DNA from: Octopus vulgaris
Lineage: Eukaryota
Assembly: GCA_951406725.2 (NCBI GenBank)
Contig: OX597833.1
Coordinates: forward strand, 47,120,001-47,184,000
Length of the DNA stretch: 64,000 bases
Direction: 5' to 3'
The position numbers were made by a program, and so were the translations under genes. Shown here one piece after another: positions 12,454-23,874 of this stretch (position 1 is its first letter; every line of letters starts with the position of its first letter). The notes beneath the pieces were generated by a model that worked only from the letters and a program-made list of their open reading frames with translations, had not been told where the DNA came from and ran no database searches.

Positions 12454-13069
12454 GGGACAGTGTAACTGTCCTGCACGCGATTGTGCAATGCCCCAAGGTG
12501 ACTGAACTCTGGGTTTATGTCGAAAACCTGCTGTCGCATTCGAGAAGAGTACAACTGTCGAGCGAATCTGTAATTAAGATCGTTCCGCCGACCTCCCTGA
12601 ATAGGGAGGAGCGAGCCTGTTTTCTCTCGGTAGTTGCTATGGCGTAAGAAGTAGCATGGAAGACGAGAGTGAAAGGAATTGCAACAGGTATGTTCATCTC
12701 CAGTCTTGAGCTAATCGACTTTTTCGTTTTCCACATGAAACGGAAAATAAGGCTGGAGAAGAAATGCCTGTCGCAAAGTGTGTTTTGTAAAAGATGGAAG
12801 TATATAGCAAGTATGTTGCGAATGAAAGAACTTGTTTAAACGAGAACAAAACAAAAAGGAAAAGGCAATGTCTTCAGTGTGAGTATGTCTTTTGTGGGGT
12901 CAACCGCGCCCTCCGCTTCAGTTTTTGTTAACCACTCATTCTCATTTAATTGTATATATTTTAATTGTTTATTCATACGTTTTGTCTCATTCGATACCCT
13001 GACCCCAACGTTTGTTTTGTCCCCTCTTTTTCTCAACCTTATGGTGAATAAAGAAATACTCTCTCTCTC
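12454..13069 (+). mobile_element. L1/Tx1-clade LINE 3' fragment
   Basis: TVLHAIVQCPKVTELW...FLSVVAMA*EVAWKTR...FCKRW, the ORF2 C-terminus after the zinc knuckle; AATAAA followed by a (CT)n tail. Confidence 0.8.
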
Positions 13070-13200
13070 CCCCCTCTCTCTCCTTCTTTCTCTCCCTCTC
13101 TCTTTCTTTTTCTGTCTTTTGCTAGCTAAGAGGTTAGTTACTGTAATTCTTCAATAAAATTTCCATCTCAGTCTCACTGTCTTTCACTTTCTTTCCTTAG

Positions 13201-13285
13201 GTAACCAACCTGCCACACATGAATTTTCCATCTATTTTTTAATGCCATTCACTGCCTTGTGTTGTGTCTTACTTTGGCACAATTG
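13201..13285 (+). CDS. DPAGT1: DPAGT1 coding exon
   Basis: ccttag| ... |gtgagg; (G)NQPATHEFSIYFLMPFTALCCVLLWHN(W); 85 bp, phase 1 in, phase 2 out. Confidence 0.93.
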
Positions 13286-14445
13286 GTGAGGAAATGCTTT
13301 TTTTTAAATCTTTTTTGCTTGGTTTTGTTTTGCTTTTTTTCTACCATAAATATTTATGTTCTGTGGCAAATGTTATAGTTGACTGCGCTCGTTATGATAA
13401 ATACAACTCACAATTGACTTAAGCCCTTATTTAGGCGCAATGTGGCTGTGTGGTAAGAAGCTTGCTTCCCAACCACATGGTTCTGGGTTCGGTCCCACTT
13501 CATGGGACCTTGAGCAAGTGTCTTCTATTGTAGTCTCAAGCTAACCAAAGCCTTGTGAAAGGATTTGGTAGATGGAAACTGAAAGAAGCTTGTCGTGTAT
13601 ATATATCCTTGTGTCTGTGTTTGTCCTCCATCACCGCTTGACAACCAGTGTTGGTGTGTTTATGTCCCCATAACTCAGCGGTTCAGCAAAAGAGACCATT
13701 TACAAAAAAATGATAAGCACTGGGGTCAATAAGTTCGACTACAATTCTTCAAGGTGATGCTCCAGCATGGCCGCAGTCTAATGACTGAAGCAAAGACTGA
13801 AACAGTACTCATGCCACTTAAAAAGTACTGGCCCCATGTAAAAAGCCCCCAGTACACACTCTGGAGTGGGTAGCTGTTGGGGAGGGCACCCAGCTGTAGA
13901 AATCAAGCTGCAACAGACTATGGAACCTTTTTGCAGTTCCTATCAAGTTGTCCAACCCATGCCAGCATGGAAAATGGATGTTAAATGTTGATGATGATGA
14001 TGATGATACAGGAGTAGCTTGCCTACCAACCACATGGTTCCGGGTTCAGTCCCACTGCGTGGCATCTTGGGCAAGTGTCTTCTGCTATAGCCTCAGGTCG
14101 ACCAAAGCCTTGTGTGTGGATTTGGTAGACGGAAACTGAAAGAAGCCTGTCGTATATATGTATATATATATGTATGTATGTGTGTGTATTTGTTTGTGTG
14201 TCTGTGTTTGTCCCTCTAGCATTGCTTGACAACTGATGCTGGTGTGTTTACGTCCCCGTCACTTAGTGGTTCGGCATAAGAGACTGATAGAATAAGTACT
14301 GGGCTTACAAAGAATAAGTCTCGGGGTCGATTTGCTCGACTAAAGGCGGTGCTCCAGCATGGCCGCAGTCAAATGACTGAAACAAGTAAAAAAGTAAAGA
14401 AAGTATACATATCCAACAACTTTTAAACTTTGCATTTTTTTCTAG

Positions 14446-14634
14446 GTACCCTGCTGAAGTGTTTGTCGGTGACACTTTTTGTTATTTCTCTGGCATGACG
14501 TTTGCTGTGGTTGCCATCCTGGGACACTTCAGCAAAACCCTTCTACTTTTCTTCATTCCACAAGTGTTCAACTTTCTCTATTCAGTGCCACAGCTTTTCC
14601 ATTTCTTACCATGTCCACGACACAGGATACCAAA
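14446..14634 (+). CDS. DPAGT1: DPAGT1 coding exon
   Basis: ttctag| ... |gtaagt; [62 protein letters not shown] contains the VFVGD and PCPRHR motifs. Confidence 0.97.
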
Positions 14635-14687
14635 GTAAGTGGGTTTCATCGACTTTGCTTATTCTCTTATTAATTTTTGGATTTTCT

Positions 14688-15029
14688 TCTTTTCCTTCTT
14701 CTTCTCCTTCTTCTTCTTCTTCTTCTTCTTCTTCTTCTTCTTCTTCTTCTTCTTCTTCTTCTTCTTCTTCTTCTCCTCCTCCTCCTCCTCCTTCTCCTCC
14801 TCCTCCCCCTCTTCTCCTCCTCCTTCTTCTCCCCCTCTTCTCCTCCTCCTTCTTCTCCTCATCCTCCTTCTCCTCCTCCTCCTCCTCCTCCTCATTCTTC
14901 TTCTTCTTCTCCTCCGCCTTCTTCTTCTTCTTCTTCTTCTTCTTCTTCTTCTTCTTCTTCTTCTTCTTCTTCTTCTTCTTCTTCTTCTTCTTCTTCTTCT
15001 TCTTCTTCTTCTTCTGCTGCTGCTGCTGC
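14688..15029. repeat. (CTT)n/(CCT)n/(CTG)n polypyrimidine microsatellite
   Basis: About 340 bp of almost pure pyrimidine on the + strand, starting about 55 bp after a DPAGT1 donor site. Confidence 0.97.
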
Positions 15030-15399
15030 CATTGTCATCACCACTGCCTTTTCTTTTCTGTTTCAAAATTATAGCTTATAACAGGGGTCAGCAAAGGGGG
15101 TCAGTATTGAGTGTGGTCATTACCAGAACCACCTGACTGGCCCTCCTGCCAACAGCACATAAAAGCATCCACTACACTTTTGGAGTGGTTGGCATTAGAA
15201 AAGGCATCCAGCTGTAGAAACTTTGCCAGATCAGATTGGAAAGTGGACGTTAAACGATGACGATGATGATTATTTTTGTTTTTCATTGTTTACACGACTC
15301 TCATGTAACCCCACATTATATTCGTCCTGTGTTGTCGATCATGCTTTTTTATATAAGCTCTTAGTGGTTAATAAAGAAATCATTATTATTAATATTATT

Positions 15400-15643
15400 G
15401 GCACGTAAAAAGCACCATCCGACCGTGGCCGTTTGTCAGCCCCGTCTGGCACCTGTGCTGGTGGCACGTAAAAAGCACCCACTACACTCACGGAGTGGTT
15501 GGCGTTAGGAAGGGCATCCAGCCGTAGAAACATTGCCAGATCAGACTGGGCCTGGTGCAGCCTTCTGGCTTCCCAGACCCAAGTTGAACCGTCCATCCCA
15601 TGCTAGCATGGAAAGCGGATGCTAAATGATGATGATGATGATG
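15400..15643 (+). mobile_element. RTE-type retroposon 3' tail ending in (GAT)n (representative copy)
   Basis: GGCACGTAAAAAGCACC internal repeats, GGTTGGCGTTAGGAAGGGCATCCAGC, CCATGCTAGCATGG hairpin and (GAT)n tail; similar at 7265-7760(-), 10440-10845 and 21080-21630. Confidence 0.75.
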
Positions 15644-15923
15644 AATTTCTTATTTCTTTATTGCCTACAAGAGGCTAAACATAGAGGGGATAAACAAGTA
15701 CAGACAAACAGATTAAGTCGATTACATCGACCCCAGTGCATCACTGGTATTTAATTTATTGACCCCGAAAGGATAAAAGGCAAAGTCGACCCCGGTGGAA
15801 TTTGAACTCAGCATGCAGCGGCAGACGAAATACCACAAAGCATTTCGCCTGGCGTGCTAACGTTTCTGCCAGCTCGCCGCCTTATTATTAATTTCTTTTA
15901 ATTTCTCTTCTCTATTTTTGCAG

Positions 15924-16173
15924 ATTTGATCCTAAAGCAAACAAAGTAGGAATAAGTCTCATGAACTGTGAACGTAATCAAATCAAACCACTTGGTTGGA
16001 TAATGCTAAAAGTGTTGTCATTCTTCCGTCTGATCCAACTAAATGAAATGAAATCCAAAAATAGCAAAGAAACTGTTATAGAATGTAACAACCTAACACT
16101 GCTAAACTTAGTATTAGTTTATACTGGTCCACTTCATGAAAGAACTCTTGTCTTGATTCTCCTCTCCATTCAG
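15924..16173 (+). CDS. DPAGT1: DPAGT1 coding exon
   Basis: ttgcag| ... |gtgagt; FDPKANKVGISLMNCERNQIKPLGWIMLKVLSFFRLIQ...ECNNLTLLNLVLVYTGPLHERTLVLILLSIQ contains the NNxTLxN and GPxHER motifs. Confidence 0.95.
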
Positions 16174-16469
16174 GTGAGTTCAGCACTCCAGTTTGCACAT
16201 GTGCACATGCACACACACATACACACACACACGCACACACATATGCCATGATTGATCGCTAGCCACTAAACCTTTTTTTATTTTCTCTCTCTGTTTATCA
16301 TGAGACCTAACTCATCGTAAAGTCAATACCACCATGACTGATATCCAAACTACAATGGAGAAGGCTAGCCACTGGATTTGGTTAGAAAGAGACGATGAGC
16401 AATGGCTAGAGAAATAGTGAGCTCTATTTAATAACCAGTTGATCTAGCAAGTGGGGCATCATATCAGTG

Positions 16470-16814
16470 AGGCGGGGCCCATGCGCATCACTTAAATGTG
16501 ATGGATTACTGTGTCTGGAGCTTGTTATTAGCAGAGATACAGAAATATCGATGCCATATAACTGTCACTGATGAATTCAAAATGTGCTTCATAAAAACTT
16601 GGAATCACATTCCTCAAATTACACTTCAAAATGCCACATGATCTTGGATTTCTCAATTAAAATGCTGTCACAAAGTGCACAGAAGACATTTTGAACATTA
16701 GTGAGTGTTAATACAACATCATGCTTTGTGACGTTTATTGTTTACCCTAAATAGATCTTGTGAAAATATAAATTAGCATTTCATGAATTTTCCACTTTTC
16801 TAGCGACCACCCTG
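16470..16814 (+). mobile_element. Tc1/mariner superfamily (DD37D/maT-like) transposase 3' remnant
   Basis: LNVMDYCVWSLL...DEFKMCFIKTWNHIPQITLQNAT*SWISQLKCC...RHFEH* followed by the terminal CCACCCTG|TA. Confidence 0.7.
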
Positions 16815-18073
16815 TATGTGCATATATATACATATATGTGTGTATGTGTGTGTGTATCTACATCTATATCTATATCTATATATATATATAATAATTATTT
16901 GAGGGAATATTAATCCTAACTTACAGGGAAAAAATTCAATTTAGAAATGCTAAATCAAATTTCACACAATATAATATATATATAAAAATTAGAAAAAAAC
17001 TCCTTTTATCAATTCAAAATGAACAATTAAATTAGACATAAATCTAGAAAATGACATATAATAGAAATATTAAAATTAAAATAACAATAAAATACCGACG
17101 ATTAAGTAAATTGTAAAAAAAAATAATAATAATAAAATCGTATATATATATATATATATACTCATATGCAATATGTGCATGATATCATAGGTGTGTGTCC
17201 TGCAACAAGTTCTAATGAAATTGTATACCTATACACATTTCTAATGAAATGCTTATAGGTATACAATGGACTCACCCATTGAAGATGATATATGAGTGTT
17301 CAGTGTTTGACAAATGACCTGCACAAATGATTTGTTTATAGTTATCAAATGTATGTGCCATATATTAGGTCACTCTTTCCATCAAATTGTTGTCTCAACA
17401 GGTGCACAGTGTACCACACGTCAGGTGTCAAAGTGATTGCAGAGCAGCATGAGATGAAGTGTTTTGCTTAAGAATACAATGCACCACACACACACACACA
17501 CACACACAGACACACTAGATGATCTTCCTTCAGTTTCTGTCTACCATATCCAGTTACAAGGCTTTGTTTCAGCCTAAGGCGATAGTAAAAGACACTTGCC
17601 TGATGTGCCACGCTATGAAACTAAAGTCAGAACCATGTGTTTGGGACACAAGCTTCTTACCATACAGCCATATATAAATTGAAAAAAGGCGGCGAGCTGG
17701 CAGACACGTTAGTGCGCTTGGTGAAATGCTTAGTGGTATTTCGTCTGTCGTTACATTCTGAGTTCAAATTCCGCCGAGGTCGACTTTGCCTTTCATCCTT
17801 TCGGGGTCGATAAATAAAGTACCAGTTTCGCACTGGGGTCGATGTAATCAACTTAATCCCTTTGTCTGTCCTTGTTTGTTCCCTCTATGTTTAGCCTCTT
17901 GTGGGCAATAAAGAAATATATATAAATTGAAAATGTGGCACATGGGGAATAACAAAGGAACTGCCATGACACTGAATCCTTTAAGGCCCTCATGCTTTCC
18001 GAAATCTGCCGAAACTACACCTGATTATATATACACTTTAGATGAGTTGTAGTGCACCTGAGCACTGTACACA

Positions 18074-18113
<40 letters not shown>

Positions 18114-18423
18114 GATAATAAAAAAAGACAGGTTAAAAAAAAAACACAATGAATGAAGACATGCTTGATCTCATCAGTTATTGACCAAAAGTCATCACAA
18201 TTTCGACACCTGATTATATTGTATTAATTTGGTGGTTGTCAGTGACATAAGCTGATGAGGTGTGAATGGGTGGAACAGAAAGATGAAAAAGAACAGAAAA
18301 GATTTTATAAGTACAATGATAAGAAAAGATGAGTCTGGATTATGGGGAGACAGAATGAAATAAATATGATGAAAGAAACAAATAGAGAAGGACACTAGCA
18401 AAAAAATAATAAGCAACACAGTG

Positions 18424-18625
18424 ATCATCATCATCATTGTTCGACAGTGGTCGAGACAATGGAATTTACCATGCTACACCAGACTTCACGGTCCATCATA
18501 GCATTACGGAGGTCCTGTTGCTGGATGCCTGTATCCCTGGAGATTACATCAGGGTAGGAGAGTGTGCACCCTCTGGTATCCAGAGGAGAAGAGTAGTGAT
18601 AGTCGCATACAAAGAATGTCTTTTG
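18424..18625 (-). mobile_element. RTE-like LINE 3' end
   Basis: RGCTLSYPDVISRDTGIQQQDLRNAMMDREVWCSMV (AMxDRxxW motif) followed by a (GAT)n tail. Confidence 0.7.
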
Positions 18626-19397
18626 AGTATGCAATAAATATAATACATGATGTGTGAAGTAATGCTAATAGGAAAGGCTTTGGAAAGAAAATATATATAT
18701 ATATAGGCACAGGCATGGCTGTGTGGTAAGAAGCTTGCTTACCAACCACATGGTTCTGGGTTCAGTGCTACTGCGTGGCACCTTCGACAAGTGCCTTCTA
18801 CTATAACCTCTAGCCAACCAAAGCCTTGTGAGTGGATTTGGTAGACAGAACCTGAAAAACGCCCATCATATATATCTGTGTGTGTGTGTGTGTGTGTGTG
18901 TATTTGTGTCTGTGTTTGTCCCCCACCGAATGACAGATGGTGTTGCTGTGTTTACATCCTCGTAACTCTGTGGTTCGGCAAAAGGAACCGATAGAATAAG
19001 TACCAGGCTTTAAAAAAACAAAAACAATACTGGGGTCAATCAATTCATTCGACTGAAACTTCTTCAAGGTGGTGTTCCAGCATGGCCGCGGTCTAAAGAG
19101 TTTAAAAAATTCTTTTAAACGACAGAAAATTCATGTAAACCCGTGGAATATACACACACACACACTCTCAAGAGTGCAATACAGAGTTACCTCCCTTATA
19201 GTTTTAATATCTCACTTGTTTATTAATGTTATTGCTTCAGATGAGAATTGATCTAACAACCAATGCTCAAAGGTATTCCACCCTTGACCAAACAACTTTG
19301 AGTTGAAAACATTCCAGCTATGACCATTCCTTCAGTTTGTTTTCTTTTGTTCTTTTGGTGTGTTATTTACATGTCTCTGACTTCATTAACTAATATA

Positions 19398-19862
19398 TAA
19401 TAATAATAATAATGAAATTATTGTATACAGTGCTCAGGTGCACCACAACTTGTCAGACAGTGCATATAAAGCACATGCAGTAATGTACAAATGTCTGGAA
19501 AGTGAACAATGCATGAGTCAGATACATGCTTGTGTGTGTATGGAGGGGAGAAAATCAGGTGTAGTGTTAGCGAATCTCAGAAAGCATGGAAGTTTTGAAG
19601 GATGCAGTGCTCCGACAACTAACAACTGATGCCGGCAGTTTGTTCCATGCTTCAGCAACTCTCAGCGTGAAAAAATGTTTCCTGAAGTCATGGGAGCTGT
19701 GCTGTTTTCTGACTTTGTAAATATGTCCACGGGTGTTAGATGGGTGGAGTTTGAAAAGGTGCTCAGAGTTATTGTTTGTACGATGGTTGATAATTTTATG
19801 GGTGTCTTCCAAGTCAGCTGCCAGACGTTGGAGTTTCAATGTGTCCATACCCAGGGAAGTAA
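19398..19862 (-). mobile_element. CR1-clade LINE 3' fragment
   Basis: TRGHIYKVRKQHSSHDFRKHFFTLRVAEAWNKLPASVVSCRSTASFK, typical of the CR1 ORF2 C-terminus; (ATT)n tail; shorter copies at 7838-8090(-) and 18040-18112(+). Confidence 0.85.
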
Positions 19863-20029
19863 GGCGTTTTTTTTTCTAAGATGGCAAAGTGTCAGTAGCC
19901 CTTATTGCTATGACACTCTATTGTTGAACAAATGATTTCTTCATAGAAATTCCATTCTTCTTATTGTTGTTGGTTATATTGGTTCAATTTTTATATTCTT
20001 ATCTGATCACTGTTTTTTTTATTTTTCAG

Positions 20030-20095
20030 ATTTTCTGCAGTTTTATTGCATTCTTTATCCGTTACCAAGTTGCCAAAATATTCTATGATGTATGA
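20030..20095 (+). CDS. DPAGT1: DPAGT1 terminal coding exon
   Basis: tttcag| then IFCSFIAFFIRYQVAKIFYDV-TGA, matching the DPAGT1 C-terminus (IRYQL...FYDV). Confidence 0.95.
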   Translation: MFCSFIAFFIRYQVAKIFYDV

Positions 20096-20651
20096 AATGA
20101 AAGTCCAAAAATCAAAAAGGATTGATGATAATAACAATAATAAATTGACAAAAAAATGCAGAAAAAGAAAAACTCTACTTTTTGTAATGTTATTCATTTC
20201 TATGTGTGTGTGTGTAAAATGCAGGTATGTATAGAGGTATAGGTATGCATGTGTGGTTAGAAGTTTGCTTACCAACCACATGGTCCTGAGTTCAGTCCCA
20301 CTGCATGGCAGCTTGGGGAACTGTCTTCTGCTATAGCCTTCTGCCATAAAGCTTTGTAAATGGATTTGGTGGATGGAAACTAAAAGAAGCCTTAGTATAT
20401 ATACGTATATGTACATGAGTGTGTGTGTGTTTGACAACTGGTGCTTATGTCTTCATAACTTAGCAGCTCAGCAAAAGACACTGATAGAATAAAACCAGGC
20501 TTTAAAAAATAGAAAAAAAATAGGTACTGGGGTCGATTTGTTCAACTAAAATATTTTAAAGTGGTGCCCCACCCCCAAATCCACTGTTTAATGACTGAAA
20601 CAAACGATATAAGATATATATGTACCTCTCTCTGTATACACACACACACAC

Positions 20652-20686
<35 letters not shown>

Positions 20687-20687
<1 letters not shown>

Positions 20688-20983
20688 TAGCAGTATCGCC
20701 CGTCGTTGCTCGGGTTTGTAAGGGAAATAACTATATAAGCATTTTTAGAGAGTTATAACCAAAAAATAGCGAAAAAAATGCATTAAAATGGGAAAAAAAT
20801 TATGGTAAATTTTTTTTTAAATCGTAGACTCATCGTAGACACGCGCTAATACCCAGAAGGGCTCGATATGAATCACGACTATAAGATACCCGGTTTTGGT
20901 TAAACTGCACCGCAAAATGTGGGAGTTGTTAGGAATCTAAATCGTAGGAGACAGACACACAACTTCTCTTTTATATATAAAGA
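20687..20983 (-). mobile_element. Non-autonomous Helitron-like element
   Basis: Minus strand A|TC...hairpin CCCGAGCAACGACGGG...CTAG|T; shares its ends with 35512-35894. Confidence 0.75.
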
Positions 20984-22150
20984 TATAGGCACAAGTGTGA
21001 CTGCATGGTTAAGAAATTTGGCTGACTTTACAGTCTTTTAAGGTTGCTTTGAATGCATCTTTGAATCTTTTACAAAATTGACTAGTGACTGAGACATTTG
21101 GAAATATGCAGTGCGTGATAAGACCCGTCAAGCCAAGTGAGACCATAACTCATGGCCTATGCCAAGGGTGTAACCAACCCACTTATGTGCACCGTTCCTT
21201 CATCGGACACTAAACTCTGCTTGCGAAGACCTGTTGAGGCAAGTGAAATCAAAATCGAATCAAATTTGATGACTGGCACCCATGCCAGTGGAGCGCTAAG
21301 AGCACTATCCAAACATGATCATTGCCAGAGCAGCTGACTGGCTTCTGTGCTGGTGGCACGTAAAAATGCTGGTGGCAGGTGAAAAAATATTTGAGCGAGG
21401 TTGTTGCCAGTGCCGCTGGACTGGCTCCTGTGCAGATGGCATGTAAAAAACACCATTTGAGCGTGGCCATTGCCAGTAATGCCTGACTGGCCCTTGTGCC
21501 GGTGGCATGTAAAAAGCACCCACTACAATCAGAATGGAGCCTGGTGCAGCCATCTGGTTTGCCAGTCCTCAGTCAAATCGTCAAATCCATGCCAGCATGG
21601 AAAGCGGACGTTAAACGACAACGATGATCAAGTACTGCTGATAACTACATGTATAGCCAATTATGTCAGCCGCAGAAGTGTAGGATGTTTTGCATAGTCT
21701 TTCAGGGATGGTTTCATAAAAAGGCTTTTCGAAATATTGATAATGTTTGATTCTCCACCTTCAGCTTACTTGGTACTGATTTGCCCTGAGAACATCTTGT
21801 TCTTCTAAATTTCAAATTTACTAACAATGAGCCAACAATTAATACCACACACAGCTCCATAAATCTTGTTATCCATACATTAATGAAAGCATCGTTAAGG
21901 TGGCACTATCTTGAGAAAAGGTGTGTCTTGGACATTTTTAGATTTGGCAGAGTCCATCCTTTTCTTCAGGTCTGAACATAGCCATTTCTTTCTGAAAAAG
22001 CAACTGATAGACAAAAATAAAGAGATAGAGGAATAGAAGTATCATCCTTCGGTAAAAGGATTGTACTTTATTAACACTAAAAGGATGAAATGCAAGTTCA
22101 CCACAATGGCATTCAGGCTCAGAGAGCAATCTATTAAATTCTATATATAC

Positions 22151-22194
<44 letters not shown>

Positions 22195-22202
<8 letters not shown>

Positions 22203-22462
22203 AAAACACCTTTTATCAATTCAATAATGAAAAATTAAATTATACCATTTAGAAAAATTACATATAGAAAGATTAGATATAAGATAAAGCATATATTTTG
22301 TTATTCTACCAAATATATACATTTTATTTATTATTTTGCACATTACTTAATCATCGTTATATGCCTTATCTTATATTTAATCTTTCTATAACATGTAATT
22401 TTTCTAAATGGTATAATTTAATTTTTCATTATTGAATTGATAAAAGGTGGGTTTTTTTCTAA
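22195..22462. repeat. AT-rich foldback (about 100-bp inverted arms) belonging to a dispersed family
   Basis: 22195-22293 is the near-perfect reverse complement of 22360-22462; related sequence at 16890-17140, 23370-23530, 55000-55400 and 58770-58970, each next to (TA)n. Confidence 0.85.
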
Positions 22463-22552
22463 TTTATACATATATATTATATTTTGTGAAATTTGATTTA
22501 GTATTTCTAAATTGAATTTTTCCCTGTAAGTTTGGAATAATATTCCCTCATA

Positions 22553-22610
<58 letters not shown>

Positions 22611-23528
22611 CTATATATTACATGTGTGTATGTGAAGGTGTGTGGCCTAGTGGTTATGTGTGTTGCATTCATAACCATGAGATCATGGTTTCAATTCCCA
22701 GAATAGCTGCACATAATGCTCTTAAGCAAAACACTTCATTTCATATTGCTCCAGTCCACTCAGTTGTAAGTGGGTAACTCTGCGATGGCCTAGCCTCCCC
22801 CACCAATCGTAGAATGTTAGCCTGCTCATCTACCCAGCAGGGTGGCATCATTCAAAAGCTAAAACAATGCAGAAGGCATTGTGACCAGCAATGTTTAATA
22901 ACAGTCTGGCTGATCATGTGATCATCATCATCATCATCGTAATTGTTTAACATCTGTTTTCCATGCTGGCATAGGTTGGACAGTTTGACATGGGGCTGTC
23001 CTGACTCCAACTGTCTGTTCCTACAGCTGGATGCTGTTCCTAGCACCAACCACTTAACAGAGTTTGCTGGCTGCTTTTATGTGCCACATAAATATATGTG
23101 TTGCTGTTTATGTTTCCTGTAACTTAGTAGTTCAGCAAAAGAGACTGATAGAATAAGCATCAGGCTAAAAAAAAAAGTACTGGGGTAGATTCGTTCAACT
23201 AAAAATTCTTCAAGGCAGTGCCCCAGCATGGTCACAGTTAAATGACTGAAATAACTAAAAGATATAAAATAAAAGATTAAATCTCTCTTTGCATTACATC
23301 TTTTTTGTTTATACATACACACACACAAATGCATAATGTAAGTAATATATATATATAATATATATAAATTAGAGAAAAAGCCACTATTATGCAATTCAAA
23401 CAATGATAGACATAAACCAAATCATAAATAAAAAATAAGATATATTTTTTAAAAACATATAACTAGATCACAAAAACTACAAAAATGAATAAACAATATA
23501 TAAGTAAAAAGCTACATACGTTTCATGG

Positions 23529-23529
<1 letters not shown>

Positions 23530-23599
<70 letters not shown>

Positions 23600-23611
23600 A
23601 ATAATAATAAT

Positions 23612-23680
<69 letters not shown>

Positions 23681-23698
23681 CATATATATATATATATA

Positions 23699-23731
<33 letters not shown>

Positions 23732-23788
23732 CTACACACACAGGTATGCATGTGTGTCTATGTATATACATTTACATGTGTGTGTGTG

Positions 23789-23871
<83 letters not shown>
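23530..23871. repeat. (TA)n/(TAA)n/(GA)n compound microsatellite
   Basis: Direct inspection. Confidence 0.97.

Positions 23872-23874
<3 letters not shown>

Noticed and set aside
14502-15136. Long poly-S/F/L/R/K ORFs
   Set aside because: Translations of the (CTT/CCT)n microsatellite; the real exon ends at 14634 in a different frame.
16565-16580. CTGATGA motif as a hammerhead core (also 18252, 26764, 27405, 52381)
   Set aside because: No stem II-GAAA-stem III arrangement follows; chance matches or within transposon coding remnants.
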